Source: Octopus bimaculoides
Taxonomy: Eukaryota
Reading direction: 5' to 3'
Assembly (NCBI RefSeq): GCF_001194135.2
Contig: NC_068999.1
Coordinates: 34,200,895-34,264,894 of the forward strand
Length of the DNA: 64,000 nucleotides
Made by a program: the position numbers and the translations under genes. Under the pieces are notes generated by a model. That model was not told the origin of the DNA. It did not search any database and was given only the letters and a program-made list of their open reading frames with translations. This document shows, piece after piece, positions 1-13,142 of this stretch (position 1 is its first letter; every line of letters starts with the position of its first letter).

Positions 1-168
1 TTGGAACTCTGCCCTATTGGGGTGTATTTGGTTGTTTAATTTTTTTTGTTCATTGTTTTTTTGTTTTTATTGTTCACACGTTTTTCTGTTTGAAACCCCA
101 CTTGTCCCTTGTTTTGATTGTCCCTATATGTTTTTTGTGTTCGTCCCTTGTGGCCAATAAAGCAAGAA
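1..168 (+). mobile_element. Probable 3' end of a non-LTR retroelement running into an (ATT)n tail
   Basis: T-rich segment ending ...cccttgtggccaataaagcaagaa then (ATT)n; 104-168 shares blocks (gtcc-ttgttt, gtccc, tatgttt, ccc-tgtgg-caataaag) with the SINE tail at 36690-36745. Confidence 0.4.
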
Positions 169-224
169 TTATTATTAGTAGTATTATTATTATCATTATT
201 ATTATTATTATTATGATTATTATG

Positions 225-272
<48 letters not shown>

Positions 273-295
273 GTTGTTGTTGTTGTTGTTGTTGC

Positions 296-358
<63 letters not shown>

Positions 359-400
359 CATTGTTGATGTTGTTTCTGTTGCTGTTGCTGTTGTTGATAT
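168..400. repeat. (ATT)n/(GTT)n compound microsatellite
   Basis: Directly visible trinucleotide arrays. Confidence 0.97.
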
Positions 401-589
401 GTTTTATTGCTTTAATTCTTACATAGCAGCCATTCCTTCAGTATTGTGGTATGGCGCCGTCTTGGTGAGACAACACCTCCCTCGTCGTCACACCTCCTTC
501 CTGAGGTGCCTCCCACTCCCCTTTATCTACAATACCGTGAAACTGCATTTATTTATTTATTTATTTATTTATTCATTTCAATATTTCCA

Positions 590-827
590 ACCACCGTCAC
601 CATTACTACAGCTATTACAACCACCACCGCCATTGTTTCGCTCACATCATCACCACTAACCATCGCCATCACCGTCAGTGAATTAAAAAAATTTCATCAC
701 CATCACATAAACGCGCAATCATCATCATCATCATCATCGTCGTCGTCGTCGTCGTCATCATCATCATCATCATCATCATCATCGTCGTCGTCGTCGTCGT
801 CCTCCACCTCCTCCTCCTCCTCTTCCC

Positions 828-873
<46 letters not shown>

Positions 874-1258
874 GCCATTATCATCGCCATCATCACCGTC
901 GTTGTCGTCATCCTCTTCTTCATCATCATCATCACCACCACCACCACCAGTGCTGTCATCACCGCCACCAACACCACTACCACCACCACCACCACCATCA
1001 TCATCGTCATCATCGTCATCATCAGAAAATAGCTAAAGCTATTATCAGTCTCACAGCCACACGAACCATCTCCATACCACCACCGCAACTGCCACCAGCA
1101 GTACAAACACTACCAACAACAATAACAATATATCACCACTACTATTACCATTACCCACCAGCCACTAATCACTGCTATCAGCGCCATCACAGCCATCATC
1201 GTCTCTAGTTGCATCTATTACATATACACATATATTATTATTATTACATATACACATA

Positions 1259-1290
<32 letters not shown>

Positions 1291-1403
1291 TAGATGTCTG
1301 TGTGTGTGTGTGTGTGTATCATTATATATGTATATATATGTACGTACATATGTATATAAACACACATTATATAACCTCAATTCGCTCCACCACCACCACC
1401 ACC

Positions 1404-1462
<59 letters not shown>

Positions 1463-1465
1463 AGC
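590..1465. repeat. Compound trinucleotide island (CAC/CAT/CGT/CCT/TAC)n plus (TA)n,(GT)n
   Basis: Directly visible; generates the poly-S/H/M/T pseudo-ORFs. Confidence 0.95.
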
Positions 1466-2258
1466 GTTATAACAACACTGTATAACAACTGCTATATTTC
1501 ACGCTGTTGACTTCACTACAATAGAAACCACTTTGCGAGTTGATTACACATTTCCTGCTGAATGCTTGTTTATAACATAACACTAACCTTTCACACCCTC
1601 CGCCCTCCATATCACCCTCTTTCTCTCTCTCACTCTCTTGCTCTTTCTCTCCCCATCTTTTTACCCTTGTCCATGCTCCTTCATTCTCTCCCTTCCTCTC
1701 CTTTAACTCTCTATACGTCTCTATCTATCTAATTACACATTTCCTACTCTATGCCGGTTTTATAATTTAAAAACAACCTTTGGGACATCTTGTCTTCTCT
1801 CCATTTCTTTCTTTCTCTATCATGCTTGCGTTCCCCCTGCTTCAGTATGTTATTTCCAGTTGTCTGTCAGTCTCTTTCCCTTCGCTCTTTCTCTCACTCT
1901 CTCTCTGTCTCTCTCTCGCTCTCTCAATATATNNNNNNNNNNNNNNNNNNNNNNNNNNNNNNNNNNNNNNNNNNNNNNNNNNNNNNNNNNNNNNNNNNNN
2001 NNNNNNNNNNNNNNNNNNNNNNNNNNNNNNNNNNNNNNNNNNNNNNNNNNNNNNNNNNNNNNNNNNNNNNNNNNNNNNNNNNNNNNNNNNNNNNNNNNNN
2101 NNNNNNNNNNNNNNNNNNNNNNNNNNNNNNNNNNNNNNNNNNNNNNNNNNNNNNNNNNNNNNNNNNNNNNNNNNNNNNNNNNNNNNNNNNNNNNNNNNNN
2201 NNNNNNNNNNATATATATATATATATATATATACATACATTTATATATATATACATAT

Positions 2259-2470
2259 TGGTTTCAAACTTTGACACAAGACCAGCGGTTTTAAGGGAGG
2301 GGCTAAATCGATTAAATCGACCACAGTGCTCAACTGGTACTCATTTTATTAAATACAAAAGCATAAAAATCAAAGTCAACCCCAGCAGAATTTTGAACTG
2401 AGAACGTAAAAGTGGACGAAATGCTGCCAAGCATTTTGTCCGGTTTGCTAACAATTCTGCCTGCTCACCG
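2259..2470 (-). mobile_element. SINE family A copy (Pol III A/B-box head)
   Basis: Reverse complement matches the copies at 36508-36940, 39310-39526, 52693-52906 and 57244-57455 (ggtgagc..gcagaa..gttagca..aaatgctt..acgttct.agttcaaa..gactttg..). Confidence 0.88.
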
Positions 2471-3319
2471 AATTATCCATATACACATATTTAACTCTCT
2501 TATCCATTTCTGTTGTTTAGCTTTCTTCCATACAAGCGTTGTCCCTTGATCTATTTCTGTCGGTTTGTCTTTCCAGGTTTTTCCAATCCTTCCTTCTCCG
2601 TTCAACGAATAATCATTCCCAAATATCACTAAATACTTTGCAAGGCGTATAAACGTTACAGTATATCACCATTGTACTTGAAACCTTATCACCATCTACG
2701 TTATCAATGGTGTGGTTACAGCTATGTTGTCAATGAAACAGATGAAGCGACGCTGCACATTTTCGTTTTGTTCGTGAGTTGAAAACAAGCTGGGATCTGT
2801 TTGTTTCACATCCTTCCCATCTGAATGAATAAAATGTGTAGCAGTCATATAATACTGCCAATTTAATCCTCTATAAACCTATTTTCTGTGGCAATATAAG
2901 AAAGTAATATAGCTTGTAATGAATTAAAACTTGTATGATAAAATTTTAAGAGTACAAATTTTCTCAGTTGATAGAATTTTATGTTGAGAAAATTGTGCTT
3001 CGATATGCTTTGGAGAACAAATATACTATCACTGGGCGTTCTCACAAAAATCACACAAATAAAATGTGAGAGACTTTACAAATCACTTAAAATTTCACAC
3101 GTTAATGTAGTTCTAGCGTTTGACGCTGCTGATCTTACTATGGATAGAGGCCAAATAGTACAAGCTGGCTGAATAATGTTGAATGGACAGCATATATTAT
3201 GTTGTGGACTGCAATTTATGGAAGAGAGAAAGGATGTAAATGTAGGGGAAGATTAAATATTTACTAGGTTGTCATCCATCGCTGTGCTGCCGGTACAAAT
3301 TTTTGTCAATCATGCACGT

Positions 3320-3702
3320 CGTTGGCACTACGTCGCTTACGACGTCGAGAGTTCCAGTTGATCCGATCAGCGGAACAGCCTGCTCGTGAAATTAACGTGC
3401 AAGTGGCTGAGCACTCCACAGACACGTGTACTCTTAAGGTAGTTCTCGGGGATATTCAGCGTGATACAGTGTGACTAGGCTGACCCTTTGAATTACAGGC
3501 ACAACAGAAACAGGAAGTAAGAGTGAGAGAAAGTTGTGGTGAAAGAGTAGAGCAGGGTTCGCCACCATCCCCTGCCGGAGCCTCGTAGAGCTTTAGGTGT
3601 TTTCACTCAATAAACACTCACAACGCCCGGTCTGGGAATCGAAACCGCGATCTTATGACCGCGAGTCCGCTGCCCTAACCACTGGACCATTGCGCCTCCA
3701 TT
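3320..3702 (-). mobile_element. Full-length tRNA-derived SINE (family D) with 11-bp TSD
   Basis: Minus strand begins tggaggcgcaatggtccagtggttagggcagcggactcgcgg..ggtttcgattccc (tRNA-like A and B boxes); direct repeat atcatgcacgt at 3309-3319 and 3703-3713. Confidence 0.92.
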
Positions 3703-3757
3703 ATCATGCACGTACCTACATGCATTGCTCAAAGTAAAAGTAATTTTTTAAAGACTG

Positions 3758-4327
3758 TGTTGCGTAGTCTATATGTTGAAACACACACACACAACCCCAA
3801 AATAACTATATGTATTGTATATGTATACATATAGCCTTTAATTAAGTCTGTGTTGCGTTAAAACGGGAACTTTTGAGCTGCTTTTCTATCTTGGGGACGA
3901 GATGGAAGTCCGCAGTTGCTAAATCTGGCGAAGAAGGCTTGTGCGGAAGAGATACCATGTGGCTTTTGGCGAGAAACCCACGAGTGAGGAGAGCTCGGTG
4001 AAGAATCCAATTCTTCGCGCTCTGTTAAGTCTCAAGCTACTGCTATCTAGCACCTTCGGATGATCTCTACTCAACCACTACACAACTGCTACTCGACTGC
4101 TACTCGACGGCTACTCAGCCCTCTACCACGGCCAGACTACCTCTATTTACATGTCTTGGGAGATCCTACTTCTTCGCCGGGGGCGTCGACACAACACGCT
4201 CTATAGACCCAGTGGCTTTCGCCCAATGCCCTCCCTCAAAATTTTTGATACCACCTCGTGTGTATAAGTCATTCAATAAACTTAACAAAATTGATCATAC
4301 AATGAGTTGTGATGAAAGGTGAATCCA
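3758..4327 (-). mobile_element. Candidate solo LTR (Gypsy-like)
   Basis: TG...CA ends; on the minus strand a TAAATAGAG TATA-like box, agtcgagtagc repeats, ATTAAA signal and terminus ...ctacgcaaca; possible 4-bp TSD ACTG (3754-3757 / 4328-4331). No internal gag/pol seen. Confidence 0.45.
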
Positions 4328-4574
4328 ACTGTTTCGGAATGGTCTCCTTGTCACAAAATCGATATATATTCTAGTTTTAAAATAAAAGGGCGTTGAAGAA
4401 ATTTGGTCCTCAGCACAAATATAATCTTAGATGAGTAAAGGAAATTGATAGAATTATGAATCTTTGAAGCAGTTCCGTTAATCAATCTAAAGCTGAAATT
4501 TTGTACTGGAACAAAACAGAATAACAACCCTGTCCGCTTAAAACTATGCCAAAAGCTTATCTTTGTCAATCACT

Positions 4575-4690
4575 TCCAGCATAGAGACTAAACGATTGGA
4601 AGGGAGGATATGTTTCATGAGATCGATCCAGAATACGACTGGTATTTATTTTACCGAGCTTGAAAGGATGAAAGGTAAAGTTAGCTATGT
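4575..4690 (-). mobile_element. SINE family A fragment
   Basis: gatcgatccagaatacgactggtatttattttaccgagcttgaaaggatgaaaggtaaag matches the family A central segment. Confidence 0.7.
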
Positions 4691-5786
4691 TGAAATTATA
4701 ATTTAGAAAATAAAAAAAAAGGTTAAATACCGTAAAGCATATAATACGTCTCAATGTTGTTTAATCTGGCTTTTTACTGTTTCTGAAATACCAGTGTTTT
4801 ATCTGACTGTTGAAAAACTGATGAAATGTCTCCAATTTTACAAATTCACTCATTATTAAATTGAGCATGGGAATGGGATGTATTTATTACGGATGAGTTC
4901 ATAATAAGAGCGAAACGTTTGAGACTTCTGAGTTTGCCGAAATGATTTTTAAAAGTTCATAATTACCTAATATTGCATTTTCCTCCCTACGAGAATAATT
5001 TCAATTTCCTTTATACTGTTTTGTGAATGAAATAAGTTAGTCCTGGCTTAATTATTGTTTTGAACGTTAATAGCATGTCTAAATGATTTATTCTCTGAAC
5101 TCTTCTATTTTTCAGCCTTAACAGATTTAGTACTTTTCTCATTATTACTCGGCCAAAATACGCAAAGTCTACGTTTTGCTACTGATGTCAGAATAATACA
5201 TAAACATCTACAGTTGTCTTCCCTTCATAACGAAGTAACTGAAATATCAATCATTGCCTAATATTGTTATTTGTTGCTTTTTTTACCTCTTAATTATTTC
5301 TGTTGAACTTTTTAATCTTCATTAAAGATAAACACTATGCATAATTGTATAGTTTCATTAGATGAAGCTTTTATAAATATTTTTCATGCGAATGAACATG
5401 AAGCCTGTCACCTCTTCCCAGTATGTCTTTATTGTGTTCACTGAAATACAATTCACTGATTTTCTGACAATATTCTAATGGCCGCTCCACTGGTTGGCTG
5501 TCGACACAAACATTAGACTGTGATATCCTTTCAAACCTGATTATAAATATTGTTTTTGTTTTTCACTTGGTGCTAACAATTCTCTTCATTGCAATGTCCT
5601 TTATTTACTGAACAAATGATCTATTTCTTTGTTTGTTTGTTTGTTTGTTTGTTTGTTTGTTTGTTTCTTTCTTTCTTTCTCACACACGCATACACAAACA
5701 CACCACACATACGCACACGCACACGCACACATACGCATACGCACACATACGAACACGCACACATACGCACACGCACACATACGAAC

Positions 5787-5817
<31 letters not shown>

Positions 5818-6603
5818 TGTATGTATGTATGTATGTATGTATATATATATATANNNNNNNNNNNNNNNNNNNNNNNNNNNNNNNNNNNNNNNNNNNNNNN
5901 NNNNNNNNNNNNNNNNNNNNNNNNNNNNNNNNNNNNNNNNNNNNNNNNNNNNNNNNNNNNNNNNNNNNNNNNNNNNNNNNNNNNNNNNNNNNNNNNNNNN
6001 NNNNNNNNNNNNNNNNNNNNNNNNNNNNNNNNNNNNNNNNNNNNNNNNNNNNNNNNNNNNNNNNNNNNNNNNNNNNNNNNNNNNNNNNNNNNNNNNNNNN
6101 NNNNNNNNNNNNNNNNNNNNNNNNNNNNNNNNNNNNNNNNNNNNNNNNNNNNNNNNNNNNNNNNNNNNNNNNNNNNNNNNNNNNNNNNNNNNNNNNNNNN
6201 NNNNNNNNNNNNNNNNNNNNNNNNNNNNNTATATATATATATATATGTACGCTTTGTATAGAGCTAACGTATTGTAAATTTAAAACAGAACATGAATGAT
6301 CTTTTAACACCTTCGTTACTTTTGGGACAACCTGTACACACGCACGTGTGTTTGCGTGCATGCATGCACGTATTAATCGATATTAATCTAACCAGTCGCC
6401 ATTTTTTCCTCCATAACCGCCATCTTTCAAGTGTGCAGAGTTACATAATCGAGTCGATCTCAAACACCCCATCGAACCCCTTATGCAAAACCGATTAGTA
6501 AAATAGGACCGTAATGGATATATAATACTGTATATATGTGTGATTGTGTGAGCGTGTGTGTGTGTGTGTGCATGTGCTAGATATACACACACATACACGT
6601 ATG

Positions 6604-6634
<31 letters not shown>

Positions 6635-6744
6635 ATGTATATGCACATGCGCACGCACACACACACACAAACTTATATATTGACTTGTCAGATAGATTCT
6701 TTCGTTTTTTCCCACTGTTATATGAAGCAATACGAAAAGTAGCT

Positions 6745-7010
6745 TTATCGAAGTGTTTAATGCTTTGGTTTTGGTAGCTCTATTCTTCCTTTACGATTTT
6801 TGTTTATCGTTTGTGAAATTTGAATAATTTTTACCTTGCTTCAAGCATATGAAAATAGAGTGCCAAGTGGAACCAAAAATTAGTATTTCCGACAACTGCT
6901 TCTCATCGCTTCCGGTCAAGGTTCCAATGCTGTCATAGCCGCTCGAAATTACTTAGATGTGTACAGAAAGACGCTATTACTAAACGAAATCCATAGAAAT
7001 GGTTTTGATG
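6745..7010 (+). mobile_element. Decayed mariner transposase 5' fragment
   Basis: Frameshifted translation from ~6856, (I/M)ECQVE..FRQLLLIASGQGSNAVIAARNYLDVY..KDAITKR..KWF, resembles the mariner N-terminal HTH (MECQV..FRH.LLF.F..G..A..AAR.I..VYG..A...RT...WF). Confidence 0.7.
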
Positions 7011-8639
7011 CTTCAAAGAAGGGAATTGCTTTGGGTATAAATTTTGTTATAAAAACCAGTTTAACGCAAACTTGTTTAAGAGAAGTTTTTGTGGAAGCAC
7101 TTTCCGCTGTCTTTAGCACGATTTATAGGTAATCCGAATAACGCACGAGTTATACGGTAATCCCCATAGAATTTAAGACTTTTAAATGCGATTTTAACTA
7201 TTTCCGGATTAGTTTAGGATTCAGAATTCTTATAGAATATCATTTCGTAACTCTTCATTTTCTTCCTCTATTTCGAAAATGGAATATTTTGACATTTGCA
7301 TTCACACAGATGTCTAGATATTCTCTACATAGAACATTTCAAAAGATACAACTTTGATTTGTTGCTTATGCATCCTAATACAGTCTATTAATTATGACTT
7401 TGTTTTCGTTGTATTGTAAGCATGCGATACAGAAAATTATGTTTTTTATTTTGTACTTCATATTTTTAACCTTTAATTTCTCTATTCATATAATATACTA
7501 CATAAGTGTGTATGTGGTAATGAAATTAAAGAAATTTATAGAAGGATGTAAGGAGTGATAAATTGATATATAAATGCATATGACCATATGAGTGTATGTG
7601 TATGTGTTTGTACCAGTTTGTAAATATATATAAATATGTTTTTCCTTAATAAACAAAAGTCTTTAGGGTGTATACATTCAACAACATGATACAGACAGTC
7701 TAAGTGTATGTGCACTTGCATGTGTGTGTGTATTTAGATACGATACTGACAACATTATGCAAAACTCAGTGCTTCTATCGGATTTCACGGGTTCTTCTAT
7801 TATGCATGTCCTTCAATACGCATCAGTCACGCGATCAACAATTTCTGTGAAACTTTCTGTAGGAATAATGAGGATAATAAAACACTTGTTAATTGTACAG
7901 TGTTACCGTTACTTACAGCAACAGTTCATAGTCACTATGTTCACTTTGGTGGACGATTTATAGTTTGTCACAGCACATAAAGTTGAATTTGTTAAGTAAT
8001 ACTCAAATGAAGGACACATATGTGGAAGTATTACGGATGAAAACTATTTTATCCGAGAATACCTATCTTCAATTCTTAATTGCAAAAACAAAGACAACAA
8101 AAACAAACAACAAATAGAAAAATGAGTCAGCAACGCCATTCTGAAGTTATCAGGAATTTTTAATTCATTGACATTCACAACAGGAGAAAAAAAAAAACAA
8201 AACAAAAGTCTTTCAGATCAAAACGCAAGTCTAAGAAGACAAAATTAAAATGAAAATAATATAATATAATATAATAAAGAAAGAAGGAAAAAACAGTAAC
8301 GTAACATCCGGGCAATATCGTAATGCCAATTCGCTACATCCGGGCAATATCGTAATGCCACCATCAAATAGACCAACAAATGAGTTTGTAGTCTCTGAGT
8401 TAGAAAGTGGTTCAATGGGAAATGGAATAGAAGGGGCTCTGTGATTGGGTGGGAAGGAAGTGGGTTAGAGACGACTACTCTTCTCTTTAGTATAGACAGG
8501 TTATACACAAGCGTGTGCATATATATATACACACACACACACACACATATGTGGAAATATGTATGTAAAGTGTGTAAATATACAAATATATACATATATG
8601 CATACATATGTATGCATATATATATATATATATATTAAG

Positions 8640-8675
<36 letters not shown>

Positions 8676-9251
8676 NNNNNNNNNNNNNNNNNNNNNNNNN
8701 NNNNNNNNNNNNNNNNNNNNNNNNNNNNNNNNNNNNNNNNNNNNNNNNNNNNNNNNNNNNNNNNNNNNNNNNNNNNNNNNNNNNNNNNNNNNNNNNNNNN
8801 NNNNNNNNNNNNNNNNNNNNNNNNNNNNNNNNNNNNNNNNNNNNNNNNNNNNNNNNNNNNNNNNNNNNNNNNNNNNNNNNNNNNNNNNNNNNNNNNNNNN
8901 NNNNNNNNNNNNNNNNNNNNNNNNNNNNNNNNNNNNNNNNNNNNNNNNNNNNNNNNNNNNNNNNNNNNNNNNNNNNNNNNNNNNNNNNNNNNNNNNNNNN
9001 NNNNNNNNNNNNNNNNNNNNNNNNNNNNNNNNNNNNNNNNNNNNNNNNNNNNNNNNNNNNNNNNNNNNNNNNNNNNNNNNNNNNNNNNNNNNNNNNNNNN
9101 NNNNNNNNNNNNNNNNNNNNNNNNNNNNNNNNNNNNNNNNNNNNNNNNNNNNNNNNNNNNNNNNNNNNNNNNNNNNNNNNNNNNNNNNNNNNNNNTATAT
9201 ATATATACATATACATACATACATACATACATAATTGTATATGGGTGTTGG

Positions 9252-9311
<60 letters not shown>

Positions 9312-9937
9312 CCAGTTTATTTCTTTTTGGTTTTAATTTTCTTAGCTTTAATCCTTCATTCGTTTATCGCTGATAATTTTTCACTAAATATTTCTATATT
9401 CCACATATTTGACTTCGTTAATATCATGGTTTTTACAGAATATAGATTAAACAGAATGACGAGAGAAAGTGAGAGAGAGTGAATGAGAGAAAGAGAGAAA
9501 GAGAGAGAGAGAAAGAGAGAGAGAGAAAAAGAATGACAGAGGGAGAATTTACCAAAATGACGCTTCATAACTTATTTATATTCGTTCAAATTTAACCTCA
9601 TAACTATTAAATAGTAATTTACACACTCACACTGACACTCGTACAGAAACACACACACACACAAACACAAACATATATTTAGTTAGAGAATATTCGTTTT
9701 ATATCAACACATGTATATATATATATATATATATGTAAAACACCCACATATATTTTGAAGATTGTGAAAATATAGGCCTACTTTGAAATTTTGTCATGAA
9801 ACAATAACAAATCTTGGTAGTTTAACATAATTTATATTAGATCAGCTGACAAATGATGTCCCACCGTACATAGACATAATCAATGATAGATGTACACGTT
9901 CATTGAATTAGAGTTAGTCTTACAATATATATTACCG

Positions 9938-10000
<63 letters not shown>

Positions 10001-11177
10001 NNNNNNNNNNNNNNNNNNNNNNNNNNNNNNNNNNNNNNNNNNNNNNNNNNNNNNNNNNNNNNNNNNNNNNNNNNNNNNNNNNNNNNNNNNNNNNNNNNNN
10101 NNNNNNNNNNNNNNNNNNNNNNNNNNNNNNNNNNNNNNNNNNNNNNNNNNNNNNNNNNNNNNNNNNNNNNNNNNNNNNNNNNNNNNNNNNNNNNNNNNNN
10201 NNNNNNNNNNNNNNNNNNNNNNNNNNNNNNNNNNNNNNNNNNNNNNNNNNNNNNNNNNNNNNNNNNNNNNNNNNNNNNNNNNNNNNNNNNNNNNNNNNNN
10301 NNNNNNNNNNNNNNNNNNNNNNNNNNNNNNNNNNNNNNNNNNNNNNNNNNNNNNNNNNNNNNNNNNNNNNNNNNNNNNNNNNNNNNNNNNNNNNNNNNNN
10401 NNNNNNNNNNNNNNNNNNNNNNNNNNNNNNNNNNNNNNNNNNNNNNNNNNNNNNNNNNNNNNNNNNNNNNNNNNNNNNNNNNNNNNNNNNNNNNNNNNNN
10501 NNNNNNNNNNNNNNNNNNNNNNNNNNNNNNNNNNNNNNNNNNNNNNNNNNNNNNNNNNNNNNNNNNNNNNNNNNNNNNNNNNNNNNNNNNNTATATATAT
10601 ATATATATATGGATATATAGGCATGTTCCACTCATCTCTACAAATATTTCTCGACGCACCTTAGGCTTTGCTAGCTATCTGAACACAGGCTATTTCATAT
10701 CTTATATTCTGTAGACATCCTCTCCGTAACAGAAAGAGAAGACCACTCAACTAACGTGCCAATATTAGCAGTGAGACACTACAGAATATGAAATTGAGGC
10801 TCTAGCAAAGCTAAGCGTGAGCATAGATTCCTGATGCTATATTGTAAAACGTATCTCGTTTGCAGCCAATTAAGGAAGTTACATTGGAATTATGAAAGGT
10901 CCCCTTGATAGCTCGTATATCTTAGAATCTTCTCGTAAAATGTTGGGAGAGTTCCACTATAGTATAATAATACTCTCTGTATGTTTTTGCTTCGCACCAA
11001 ATTAAACGTTAACATTGGGTAAAATCTCTCCGTCAAATACTTTGGTCGGACGTTGTCGACTAAATAACAACCCTCAAAAACTGCTGAGCTTGTGTCTAAA
11101 TTAGATAATAAGACTTTGTTTATAAAGTATATTATGTAGAATTTATCTACAAGGAAGAGAAAGAGTATATAAAGGTA

Positions 11178-11184
11178 TTTCAGA

Positions 11185-11248
<64 letters not shown>
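11178..11248. repeat. (AAT)n microsatellite
   Basis: Directly visible. Confidence 0.97.
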
Positions 11249-11249
<1 letters not shown>

Positions 11250-11771
11250 TAAAGTATATTAAATTATATGGTGTAAATTTCAGATCTATTGTAGTTATAT
11301 TTAACTCAAGGCCAACCCCTTGCAAGGAGAGAGATGATAAAATCTAGCTGAAACCATTCCAAATATATATCAAAGCCGACATTACGCAAAGAGCCAATCA
11401 CGGATTGAACATATTTTGGCTGATAGTTCCAGCAGATTGTGATGCCAATTGTGGGAATAATTTCCTTTGAATTATGTAATTTCGGCTCCTCTTTAGAACA
11501 GGTTCCGCACAGAGGTGATAATAGCAGGTAGTTCAGCTTTTGAGTGATAGGAAAAATTTCAGAGAAAGTAGGTCGAGAAATAAGTAAGTAGGTATGCTGG
11601 AGAAAAAAGGTGTGCTGGAATGGCAGGGATTCGGGTGCCTCAGGAAACTCAGCGAATAATATATCTTCATTTGTATTATATTTAATGATCAAAATTACAT
11701 CTTTTCTTTAAAACTGTGTACGCGTGTATATATGTATCTATTTATATGTGTGAATATATATACATATTATC

Positions 11772-11867
11772 TGGCACTCCGTCACTCAGGACAACGACAT
11801 TCAGCTGATCCCATCAACGAAACAGCCCGCTCGATAAATTAACGTGCAAGCGGCTGAGCACTCTACA
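11772..11867 (-). mobile_element. SINE family D 3' fragment
   Basis: tggcactccgtc..cagctgatcccatcaacgaaacagcccgctcgataaattaacgtgcaagcggctgagcactc matches 3325-3420. Confidence 0.85.
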
Positions 11868-11884
11868 ACGTATATGTATGTATG

Positions 11885-11948
<64 letters not shown>

Positions 11949-12507
11949 TACATATATACATATATTTGCACACACATACATTCAGATACATATATATATA
12001 TATACATATATACGTACATAGATACATACATGACTATATAATACATACATACATACATATATATATACATACTTACATATATGTGTGTGTGTGTGTGTAT
12101 TTGCGTATCTGCATGTGTGTGTGTGTGACTGACAAAGAGAGGGTTGTCAGATTCTCATACGTCGAAACCGACGCGAAAGAACATTATATATATATACATA
12201 TATGCCGATGAATCTTCATATATGCAATTGTGTATATTTTAAATTATATTTATATGTATTATATACGGATAATTTTATTTAGATCTCATATATAATATAC
12301 ATGTTAATCCTAAAATGTGGAAAACATACTCAATATCAGGGATTGAGTAGGAGTAATTCAATCGAGTTCACACTAAATGACGTTTTTACATTCCGCAAAG
12401 AACTGTGTGTCTGCATCTTCGGTGTCAGCCATATTGGTCAGAGAAACAATTATACAGCCGTCCCGTGCGACTTACTGATAGATTTTGCCAGATTTGTTTC
12501 GGCGAAA

Positions 12508-12519
12508 ATGATAATAACA

Positions 12520-12553
<34 letters not shown>

Positions 12554-12685
12554 CGATGGTGGTGGTGGTGGTGGTGGTGATGATTATGATGACGATGATG
12601 ATGATGATGATTGGGATGATGATGATGGTGGTGGTGTTGTTGTGGTGGTAGCGATGATGATGATGATGATAATAATAATAATAGC

Positions 12686-12741
<56 letters not shown>
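12508..12741. repeat. (GAT/GGT/AAT)n compound microsatellite
   Basis: Directly visible. Confidence 0.95.
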
Positions 12742-12742
<1 letters not shown>

Positions 12743-13090
12743 GTGTATATGTATATGCATATACAATATACATACATACGCACATACATATGTATATATA
12801 ATTATATATATGTATAAACATATATATACATATGTCTAAACATATATATACATATGTATACATATATACACATATACATATAGATATGCATACATATATA
12901 TATGTATGTATGTATATACATANNNNNNNNNNNNNNNNNNNNNNNNNNNNNNNNNNNNNNNNNNNNNNNNNNNNNNNNNNNNNNNNNNNNNNNNNNNNNN
13001 NNNNNNNNNNNNNNNNNNNNNNNNNNNNNNNNNNNNNNNNNNNNNNNNNNNNNNNNNNNNNNNNNNNNNNNNNNNNNNNNNNNNNNNNNN

Positions 13091-13142
<52 letters not shown>

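Noticed and set aside
2730-2820. Minus-strand exon after acceptor ttttattcattcag that could splice in phase to the 33.3-kb candidate (..R-WEGCETNRSQLVFNSRTKRKCAASLHLFH*)
   Set aside because: Phase compatibility is the only support across ~30 kb; no recognisable peptide family and easily due to chance.
3640-3702. tRNA gene on the minus strand (also 24770-24829)
   Set aside because: These tRNA-like sequences are SINE heads continuous with SINE bodies (the first is TSD-flanked); no complete cloverleaf or Pol III terminator.
8304-8360. Perfect 25-bp direct repeat acatccgggcaatatcgtaatgcca with a 7-bp spacer (CRISPR-like at a glance)
   Set aside because: Only two units, spacer far too short, eukaryotic context, no cas genes; a simple local tandem duplication.
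11306-11692. 128-aa minus-strand ORF
   Set aside because: No recognisable domain and no convincing splice sites; likely a chance or decayed-TE ORF.
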